64,000 nucleotides of DNA from Candidatus Omnitrophota bacterium. Lineage in GTDB: Bacteria > Omnitrophota > Gorgyraeia > Zapsychrales > Zapsychraceae. Each line of letters begins with the position of its first letter. Positions within the stretch are counted from its first letter, which is position 1. Of the stretch, positions 56,615-64,000 are shown one piece after another. The stretch is from positions 40,885 through 104,884 of the forward strand of contig JADFYJ010000007.1 in NCBI GenBank assembly GCA_015233115.1, given 5' to 3'. The notes beneath the pieces are model-generated. The model worked only from the letters and a program-made list of their open reading frames with translations. It searched no databases and was not told the origin of the DNA. Made by a program: the position numbers and the translations under genes.

Positions 56615-58207
56615 ATGGCTAATAAATTAAGATCTAATCATCGACAAATTATAATTTACGACACGACATTACGTGATGGTTCTCAGACCGAAGGAGTATC
56701 GTTCACAGTTAACGATAAGCTCAAGATTACTGAGAAACTTGACCAGTTTGGCGTTCATTATATTGAAGGCGGATGGCCGGGTTCTAATCCTAAAGATAAA
56801 GACTATTTTAAAGATGTCCAATCGCTTAAATTAAAAAACGCTAAAATCGCGGCTTTTGGTTCAACCCGCAGGGTTAAGATCAAAGCCAGTGAAGATGTTA
56901 ACTTGGTCGAATTAGTGAAATCCAAAGCTCCTACCATTACAATTTTCGGAAAATGCTGGGACTTGCATGTGACAGACGTGATCCGTACTACTTTGGCAGA
57001 AAACTTAGAAATGATCGCTGACTCAGTCGGCTATTTAAAGAAAAATAAAAGAGAAGTATTTTTCGATGCTGAACATTTTTTTGACGGATACCGCAATAAT
57101 CCAGACTACGCGCTTAAAGCCATCCAGGCCGCTGAACAAGCTGGCGCGGATTGTATCGTGCTTTGTGATACCAACGGCGGAACACTGCCGTCTCAAGTCC
57201 GTTCGATTATTGAAGAGGTTAAAAAACACGTTAAAGCGCCGCTGGGAATTCATGCTCACAATGACATTGATATGGGTGTGGCCAACAGTATCGCGGCTAT
57301 AGAAGCTGGCTGTAACCACGTCCAAGGCACGTTTAATGGCCTGGGTGAAAGATGCGGTAATGCCAATCTTTGCACGATCATTGGTATTCTGGCGACGAAA
57401 CTAAATTTAAAATCGATTCCTGAGCGCAACTTGGAAAACATGAAACAGGTCGCCTATTATGTCAGCGAAATCAGCAATTCCGCGTTAAAAGATAATGCCG
57501 CGTTTGTCGGACATTCCGCGTTTACGCATAAAGCCGGTGTGCATATCGACGCAGTAATTAAAAACCCGTTAGCATATGAACACAGTGATCCAGTTTTTGT
57601 CGGTAACCATCGCCGGTTCATTGCTTCTGAATTGGCAGGAAAAATGCCAATCCTGATCAAAGCGCAGAAAATGAATGTGGATCTGGATAAAAAATCTCCG
57701 GAAGCGAAAAAAATTCTGGAAGAGCTTCAGGTTAAAGAAAATAACGGCTATCAGTTTGAAGCAGCGGACGCGTCCTTTGAATTATTCGTGAAACGTTCGT
57801 TACAAAAATATCCGCCGTTTTTTAAATTGGAAGGTTTTAAAGTCTCGTCTGAAAAACGCTTTGACGGCAAAATTTTTGCTGAAGCATCGGTACGTTTAAA
57901 AGTGAAAAGCGAAGAATTGTTTTGTGCGGCTGAAGGCGATGGTCCGGTGGATTCTCTGGATAAAGCTTTACGGCAAGCCTTGACTAAATTTTATCCAAGG
58001 TTAAAAGAGATGCACTTAAGCGATTACAAAGTCCGCGTTTTAGACACCAAAGACGGCACCGCCGCGAAAGTACGCGTTCTCATTGAATCACAGGATGAAA
58101 CCGATACCTGGACCACAGTCGGCGTCCACGAAAATATCATCGAAGCCAGTTGGGAAGCTTTGACAGATAGTATTGAATATAAATTATTGAAAGATAAGAA
58201 AAAATAA
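56615..58207 (+). CDS. cimA: Citramalate synthase / 2-isopropylmalate synthase (LeuA family)
   Basis: LRDGSQ and HAHND motifs plus a C-terminal LeuA dimerisation/regulatory domain; the 530-aa length suggests CimA. Confidence 0.75.
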   Translation: MANKLRSNHRQIIIYDTTLRDGSQTEGVSFTVNDKLKITEKLDQFGVHYIEGGWPGSNPKDKDYFKDVQSLKLKNAKIAAFGSTRRVKIKASEDVNLVELVKSKAPTITIFGKCWDLHVTDVIRTTLAENLEMIADSVGYLKKNKREVFFDAEHFFDGYRNNPDYALKAIQAAEQAGADCIVLCDTNGGTLPSQVRSIIEEVKKHVKAPLGIHAHNDIDMGVANSIAAIEAGCNHVQGTFNGLGERCGNANLCTIIGILATKLNLKSIPERNLENMKQVAYYVSEISNSALKDNAAFVGHSAFTHKAGVHIDAVIKNPLAYEHSDPVFVGNHRRFIASELAGKMPILIKAQKMNVDLDKKSPEAKKILEELQVKENNGYQFEAADASFELFVKRSLQKYPPFFKLEGFKVSSEKRFDGKIFAEASVRLKVKSEELFCAAEGDGPVDSLDKALRQALTKFYPRLKEMHLSDYKVRVLDTKDGTAAKVRVLIESQDETDTWTTVGVHENIIEASWEALTDSIEYKLLKDKKK

Positions 58208-58235
58208 AGAAACAAAAACTAAATTATTATTGGTA

Positions 58236-58312
58236 TGTCATTCCCGCGGAAGCGGGAATCCAGAAATTCTTCTTCTATCAATGGATCCCCGACTAAAACC
58301 TCGGTGATGACA
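58236..58312 (+). repeat. Double-hairpin repeat element, copy 3
   Basis: tgtcattcccgcgGaagcgggaatcca...tggatccccgactaaaacctcggtgatgaca. The loop is GGAA (still GNRA), and the stem-2 change g>t preserves pairing as a G-U wobble. Confidence 0.75.
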
Positions 58313-58429
58313 ACTCTTACTCGTAGTATACCGAAGATGCGATTGCACGCGGTTAGCAAATTTATTTTTTGGCTTTTACTTTGTTACTCGGTTACTCGGT
58401 TACTTTGTCACTAACAAGAATATAAAAAT

Positions 58430-61054
58430 ATGACTGAACTTGAATCACGCTTTAATTTTAAAGAAATAGATGAGAAGTGGGGTAAATATTGGGAATCCGA
58501 CGGCGTGTTCCGCGCCAAAGTCAATCCTGACAAAAAATCCTTTACTATCGTTATTCCACCGCCTAACGTAACAGGTATTCTGCATATGGGCCACGCGCTC
58601 AATAATACTTTGCAGGATATTTTGATTCGTTATAAACGTATGACCGGATTTGAAACCCTTTGGATGCCGGGTACAGATCACGCGGGTATTGCCACACAAA
58701 ACGTGGTCGAAAAACAACTCGCAAAAGAAGGCAAGACTCGCCAAGACATCGGCCGCGAACAATTTACGGAATTACTCTGGTCCTGGAAAAATAAATACGG
58801 CGATACGATTATTCATCAATTAAAAAAATTGGGCTCATCCTGCGATTGGGATCGTACCCGCTTTACCATGGATGATGAATATTCTTTGGCCGTCAAAGAA
58901 GTGTTTATCCGTCTTTATCACAAAGGTCTGATTTATCGCGGAGAATATATTATTAATTGGTGCCCGCGCTGTCATACGGCACTATCCGACGAAGAGGCTG
59001 AACACAAAGATACAGCCGGTAAACTTTACCATATTAAATATCCCATCAAAGGTGAGACCGGATTTGTTGTCGTAGCTACCACTCGTCCGGAAACCATGCT
59101 GGGGGATACAGCAGTAGCTGTTAATCCTGAAGATCAACGCTATGCGTCCTTGCGGGGAAAAATTTTAATGTTGCCGCTCGTCAATCGCGAGATCCCGATT
59201 ATTGAAGATGCGTTTGTTGATCCGGCTTTTGGTACCGGAGCAGTAAAAGTAACTCCCGCTCATGATCCAAACGATTTTCATATGGGCAGACGCCACAATC
59301 TACGCTTCATTAATATTTTATATCCTGACGGGAAAATTAACCGTAACGGCGGACAGTTCCATAATATGGACCGTTTTGTCGCGCGCAAAGCCGTGGTCGA
59401 AGAATTAGACAAATTAGGTTTATTGGTTAAGATTGACGAACACAGTCACGCGGTTGGCCATTGTTACCGCTGTAATACTGTTGTTGAACCATACCTATCC
59501 AAACAATGGTTTGTTAAAATGGCACCATTGGCTCAGCCTGCGGTTAAAGCGGTTGAAGAGGGACGGATTAAATTTTATCCTGACCGCTGGACCAAAGTTT
59601 ACATGAACTGGATGGAAAACATCCGCGACTGGTGCATTTCCCGTCAGATCTGGTGGGGGCACCGCATTCCGGTTTGGTATTGTCAAAATTGCCCGGAAGA
59701 TAAAAATATGATCGTTACGTCAGACGCTCCTGCAGTGTGCCCCCATTGCGGATCCAAAGATTTGAAACAAGACGAAGACGTCCTTGATACCTGGTTCTCG
59801 TCTTGGTTATGGCCGTTTGCCACTTTAAACTGGCCAAAAGCGAGTAAAGATCTGAAATATTTTTACCCCGGCTCAGCGCTTTTCACTGCATCAGAAATTA
59901 TTTTCTTTTGGGTGGCACGAATGATTATGGCTGGCATTGAATTTATGGGTGATATCCCATTTAGCGAAGTTTATATTCACGGAACTGTCCGCGATGCTTT
60001 GGGAAGAAAAATGTCAAAATCTCTCGGCAACGCGATTGATCCGCTCGAAATCATTAACGAATACGGTGCCGATGCTTTGCGTTTTAGCTTGATCATTAAT
60101 TCAGGACAGGATTTGTATATCTCCAAAGAAAAATTTGAAATCGGCCGCAATTTTGCCAATAAAATCTGGAACGCGTCCCGGCTGATTTTAATGAATGCCA
60201 AGACGATAGATCCCCAATTTGATTTATCAAAAGCGGATTTAGATTTGGCATCCCAGTGGATTGTCTCCCGCATGTTCACCACAGTCAAACGTGTGGGTGA
60301 CTGTATAGACAATTATCGTTATTCTGAAGCTGAATCATTGATTAATGAATTCTTCTGGAGTCAGTTTTGTGACTGGTATTTGGAAATTATCAAAGACCAA
60401 TGGGACAACCCTGTTATACAAAATACAGCGCTGAAAATATTAGAAAATTCTTTAAAAATCATTCATCCGTTTATGCCGTTTGTCACCCAGGAATTGTGGG
60501 CGCACATTCATCCGGAACAAAAAGATTTAGGTTTGCAGAATTGGCCGAAAGTTCAAGAGCGGCTGATACAAACTGAAATTGAAAATAAAATGGCATTAAT
60601 CATTGAATTAGTTACGTCAATCCGAAACACCCGGGCAGAATGGAATGTAAAACCAGCGCAAAAATTAGATTGTGTTTTTGTATCCGACAAACCAACGATT
60701 AAATCATCGTTGAAAGAAACTGAAAACGCTGTGGTCAAACGTTTAGCAGGTTTGAAATCAATTGAGATAAGAGACGATTTCCCCGCGCAAAAAAACATGG
60801 CCAGCGGTGTCATTGCTGATATTAAATTTTATTTGTCTTTAGAAGGCGCGATTGATATGGAAGCAGAGAAGCGCCGTATTCTCAGCCAAATTGAAGAACA
60901 GACCAGATTAATGGACGGATTAAACAAACGTTTATCGAATGAAGCCTTTATCAGCAAGGCTAAACCGGAAGTCGTTGCCAACGACCGTCAGCGCCTGGTT
61001 GAACTTGGCGAAAAAATCAAAAAGTTGAAACAAATCATTGCAGATCTCGAATAA
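58430..61054 (+). CDS. valS: Valine--tRNA ligase
   Basis: PPNVTGILHMGH (HIGH) and KMSKS motifs, CP1 editing domain and C-terminal coiled coil. Confidence 0.9.
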   Translation: MTELESRFNFKEIDEKWGKYWESDGVFRAKVNPDKKSFTIVIPPPNVTGILHMGHALNNTLQDILIRYKRMTGFETLWMPGTDHAGIATQNVVEKQLAKEGKTRQDIGREQFTELLWSWKNKYGDTIIHQLKKLGSSCDWDRTRFTMDDEYSLAVKEVFIRLYHKGLIYRGEYIINWCPRCHTALSDEEAEHKDTAGKLYHIKYPIKGETGFVVVATTRPETMLGDTAVAVNPEDQRYASLRGKILMLPLVNREIPIIEDAFVDPAFGTGAVKVTPAHDPNDFHMGRRHNLRFINILYPDGKINRNGGQFHNMDRFVARKAVVEELDKLGLLVKIDEHSHAVGHCYRCNTVVEPYLSKQWFVKMAPLAQPAVKAVEEGRIKFYPDRWTKVYMNWMENIRDWCISRQIWWGHRIPVWYCQNCPEDKNMIVTSDAPAVCPHCGSKDLKQDEDVLDTWFSSWLWPFATLNWPKASKDLKYFYPGSALFTASEIIFFWVARMIMAGIEFMGDIPFSEVYIHGTVRDALGRKMSKSLGNAIDPLEIINEYGADALRFSLIINSGQDLYISKEKFEIGRNFANKIWNASRLILMNAKTIDPQFDLSKADLDLASQWIVSRMFTTVKRVGDCIDNYRYSEAESLINEFFWSQFCDWYLEIIKDQWDNPVIQNTALKILENSLKIIHPFMPFVTQELWAHIHPEQKDLGLQNWPKVQERLIQTEIENKMALIIELVTSIRNTRAEWNVKPAQKLDCVFVSDKPTIKSSLKETENAVVKRLAGLKSIEIRDDFPAQKNMASGVIADIKFYLSLEGAIDMEAEKRRILSQIEEQTRLMDGLNKRLSNEAFISKAKPEVVANDRQRLVELGEKIKKLKQIIADLE

Positions 61055-61075
61055 AAATAGATAATTAAACTGAAC

Positions 61076-61930
61076 ATGTTAAATCCAAAAGAATTTGATC
61101 ATATTATTCATTTAGCCCTGGTCGAAGATGCCCATGACATGGACATTACGACTAATTTTCTTATTCCCGCTAAACATATCTCGGATGCTTATATTGAAGC
61201 ACGGGAAGCCGGCATATTATGCGGATTGGATATCGTACAGCGGCTCTTCAAAAAACTCGATCCTAAAATGCATTTTAAAGCCAATTTTAACGATGGGGAT
61301 AAAATCACAGCCCATGATAAATTGCTGGAACTCAAAGGAAAAACCCGCGCCATTCTAACCGGTGAACGGACAGCCTTGAATTTTTTATGCCATTTATCCG
61401 GAATAGCGACCAATACCAACCATTTTGTACAAGCCATTAACCCTTATCCAGCTCAAATCCTCAGTACGCGAAAGACCACGCCCAGTTTGCGCAAATTAGA
61501 AAAATACGCGGTCAGATGCGGAGGAGGAGTTAATCATCGTCTAAATTTGAAAGAAATGATCCTTATCAAAGATAATCACCGTGAAATATATCACGGGAAA
61601 ATACCATTACCTGAGGCGATCTTAAAATTTAAAAAAGTCCATAAAGAACCCATCTGCGTTGAAGTCGACACTTTAGAACAGTTTCACGATGTTTTACCAA
61701 CTCATCCCAATATTATTTTGCTGGATAACATGACTTTAGTCCAAATGAAACAAGCTGTTAAAATCCGCAATCGAATGAATCCACAGAAAAAACCGCTTTT
61801 GGAAGCTTCTGGTGGAGTCAATTTAAAAACAGTCCGGAATATCGCGAAAACCGGGGTTGACCGCATTTCAATCGGATCGCTCACGCATACCCACAAAGCC
61901 TTAAATTTATCGATGGAGGTTATTCGATAA
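61076..61930 (+). CDS. nadC: Nicotinate-nucleotide pyrophosphorylase (carboxylating)
   Basis: Conserved QPRTase blocks (TRKT.P..R.L.KYAVR.GGG.NHR, DNH). Confidence 0.8.
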   Translation: MLNPKEFDHIIHLALVEDAHDMDITTNFLIPAKHISDAYIEAREAGILCGLDIVQRLFKKLDPKMHFKANFNDGDKITAHDKLLELKGKTRAILTGERTALNFLCHLSGIATNTNHFVQAINPYPAQILSTRKTTPSLRKLEKYAVRCGGGVNHRLNLKEMILIKDNHREIYHGKIPLPEAILKFKKVHKEPICVEVDTLEQFHDVLPTHPNIILLDNMTLVQMKQAVKIRNRMNPQKKPLLEASGGVNLKTVRNIAKTGVDRISIGSLTHTHKALNLSMEVIR

Positions 61931-62604
61931 TGTTTCGCTTAATCTGTTTTATTTTCACATTTATTTGTCTTGGACTTATCTCCTCCGCAGCAGATCAACC
62001 CGCAGCTGTTTCAGCTGTTCACGATTATTTACTCGATGACCGTCAACAAATTGACGAATATACAGATAAATTCAAACAGATTCCTAAAGATATTTTGTTG
62101 GAAATGGTGAAAGATGAAACACTTAATCCTCTGAGAATGACGGCAACCATGAGCATCATTAATCAACAATATGTTAAAGAAATGGTTCAATCAGAACGGA
62201 TTCAATACGAACGGGCTCTATTACGCATGCTCTCCCGGACAGACTCATCGTTTGTCCAGGTCGAATCCATGTACGGCCTTTGTGTAGCAGACCGCTACGA
62301 ATATTTCGACTCTATGGTGCCGGCTCTTATTCAAAAACTGAATCACTACAACACTGGGGTTAATCTCCTGGCGTATGAAAACCTGGACCAATTACTCCTG
62401 GATGGACAAAACCGCCAAAGAGAAGCCCGGATAGTCTTTAACACCATCCGAAAAATCCTATTTCTATCACGCCGTAAATTGGAATCCATGAGCACCCCTG
62501 AACCAAAACTTGACCGGCAATTAAAAATTTTACGCTGGTCAATCAAAGTGTTAGGCAATCAGGAGCTTCAACGATTGCCGAGAGAAGTCATTCATCTTTT
62601 GTAA
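61930..62604 (+). CDS. Hypothetical secreted protein
   Basis: Signal peptide; no recognised motifs. Confidence 0.45.
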   Translation: MFRLICFIFTFICLGLISSAADQPAAVSAVHDYLLDDRQQIDEYTDKFKQIPKDILLEMVKDETLNPLRMTATMSIINQQYVKEMVQSERIQYERALLRMLSRTDSSFVQVESMYGLCVADRYEYFDSMVPALIQKLNHYNTGVNLLAYENLDQLLLDGQNRQREARIVFNTIRKILFLSRRKLESMSTPEPKLDRQLKILRWSIKVLGNQELQRLPREVIHLL

Positions 62605-62722
62605 AATTTCAAAATATATCTAATTTATTAAAAAGTAAGTTATGAAGCTTCCAATCTGATGGTTAGTTTTTGATCACGACAAGTAGCATTTCTTTAATAC
62701 ATATGTTATATTTCGCTTAATA

Positions 62723-64000
62723 ATGAAAAAGACATTTTCTATCCTAATCCTTTGCTGTTTTTTGGTCACAAGCATCATGGGGTCTAACCCCATTTTTGCT
62801 CAGGAATTTTATTTGCCGGCTCCTGGGGTCATGGTTCATTTAAGCCCTAAATTTGACCCTCCTATACTACAGGGTATTAAAGTCCATCCTGATAATCCCT
62901 TAAAGTTTGATTTCATCCTTAACAAAGGCGAGAGCCAATTAGGTAATGACCAACTCAAGGAAGAATCTTTAAAGCTAATTAAGTATTTCCTCGCCTCGCT
63001 CACTGTTCCGGAAAACGAATTATGGGTCAACTTATCGCCCTATGAAAAAGGCCGTATTGTGCCGAAAGAGTTTGGTCAGACCGAAATGGGACGAGATCTT
63101 CTTGCTCAAGACTATCTTTTAAAACAAATTACAGCTTCGTTAATGTATCCGGAAAATGAAATTGGTAAAAATTTTTGGGACAAGATTTACACGGAAGCAT
63201 ATAAAAAATTTGGGACAACTAATATTCCGGTTGATACATTCAACAAAGTTTGGATCGTCCCTGGAAAAGCCGTTGTTTATGAAAACATCAAAAATGGAAC
63301 AGCCTACGTGGTTGAAAGTAATTTGAAAGTTATGCTCGATTCAGATTATGTGGCGCTTAATAAAGCGGTTATCCCGCCAAAAAAGACCGGCAATACATCA
63401 ACAGATGAAAAACAAGAATTCAGCAAAAAAATTATCCGTGAAATCATTATCCCGGCAATAGAAACAGAAGTCAACACCGGGAAAAATTTTAGCCAGCTCA
63501 AACAAGTCTATAACTCACTCATACTCGCGGTCTGGTACAAAAAGAAAATTAATGAAAGCCTTTTGAATCAGGTTTACGTTAATAAAAAAAAGACCGCAGG
63601 CATTAATATTAACGACTCTAAAGCCGCGGAAAAAATCTGGGCGCAATATGTCGAGTCATTCAAAAAGGGTGTATTTAATTTTGTCAAAGAAGAACACGAC
63701 CAAACCAGCGGTGATACTATTCCCCGGAAATATTTCTCGGGTGGTTTTAGTTTCAATGGTTTGCCCATACAAACCGTTGACGAAGCCATGCTTTCCAAGT
63801 CAATGACATTTTTAAAGAAGCATTGGGCCCTTAGTATTTTAACCGTAACCTTGGGCATTGTCGGTACCGGCATCGTTGAATTTGAAAATATTCTTAGCTG
63901 GCCGCCTATTCTCAAACACTTAATTATTCCAAACGATATTCATAAAAGAATTACATACAAACAAGGGGTAGTGATAGGCAGTTTTGATGATTCCGGAATT
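62723..64000 (+). CDS. Secreted hypothetical protein, paralog of the 46747-49788 N-terminal region (3' end beyond the window)
   Basis: ATG at 62723 followed by a signal peptide. The frame stays open to the window end. The KYFLASLTVPENELWVNLSPYEKGRIVPKEFGQTEMGRDLLAQDYLLKQITASLMYPE block is shared with the paralog. Confidence 0.55.
   Translation, partial: MKKTFSILILCCFLVTSIMGSNPIFAQEFYLPAPGVMVHLSPKFDPPILQGIKVHPDNPLKFDFILNKGESQLGNDQLKEESLKLIKYFLASLTVPENELWVNLSPYEKGRIVPKEFGQTEMGRDLLAQDYLLKQITASLMYPENEIGKNFWDKIYTEAYKKFGTTNIPVDTFNKVWIVPGKAVVYENIKNGTAYVVESNLKVMLDSDYVALNKAVIPPKKTGNTSTDEKQEFSKKIIREIIIPAIETEVNTGKNFSQLKQVYNSLILAVWYKKKINESLLNQVYVNKKKTAGININDSKAAEKIWAQYVESFKKGVFNFVKEEHDQTSGDTIPRKYFSGGFSFNGLPIQTVDEAMLSKSMTFLKKHWALSILTVTLGIVGTGIVEFENILSWPPILKHLIIPNDIHKRITYKQGVVIGSFDDSGI

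Noticed and set aside
35592-58312. Possible CRISPR array, suggested by the recurring hairpin-containing repeat
   Set aside because: The copies are 8-14 kb apart and separated by ordinary genes. There are no regularly spaced short spacers and no cas genes.

Overview
This is an AT-rich (about 38% GC) bacterial chromosomal segment that is almost entirely co-directional: only two genes sit on the minus strand. The gene content (three TolC paralogs, an AsmA-family protein, a YnbE/YdbL-like cluster, an M48/TPR envelope protease, KorAB, rubrerythrins) suggests an uncultivated anaerobic diderm. The product calls rest on motifs I recognise by eye; no searches were run. Contents, in order:
- 1-14.2 kb: three tandem efflux systems. 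The first is a copper-type cassette (csoR, cusB, cusA, a YHS protein, an AbrB-like regulator, tolC) with a CsoR-box-like G-tract palindrome upstream; the next two are a MacAB-TolC-like and an EmrAB-TolC-like set.
- 14.3-18.8 kb: a HAD hydrolase, an sn-glycerol-1-phosphate dehydrogenase, two membrane proteins (one GT-C-like) and a DedA protein.
- 18.8-23.7 kb: an orphan substrate-binding protein, a chemoreceptor, and a DUF47/PiT phosphate transporter pair.
- 23.7-30.6 kb: envelope genes (lipoproteins, M48/TPR protease, 1117-aa AsmA-family protein).
- 30.6-37.4 kb: two response regulators, ferritin-like proteins, korAB, a Cys-rich small protein and an N-terminally truncated Rho.
- 38-50.3 kb: tcdA, tRNA-Thr/Tyr/Gly and tRNA-Pro, a YceI-like protein, a GT2 glycosyltransferase, gpsA, DUF1848, a ynbE/ydbL-like cluster, a GDT1-family protein and a 1013-aa secreted protein with a paralog at the window end.
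- 50.3-64 kb: a PilZ protein, hom-thrC, coaB, apgM, ask, cimA/leuA, valS and nadC.
The most unusual signal is non-coding. Intergenic regions carry a pervasive architecture of paired inverted low-complexity oligo-repeats. There is also a roughly 80-bp double-hairpin element with a GNRA tetraloop in three copies. Conserved structured elements flank the tRNAs and duplicate tRNA 5' or 3' termini, with compensatory stem changes. A GATC-rich double palindrome lies upstream of the glycerol-1-phosphate dehydrogenase gene. None of this is a CRISPR array.
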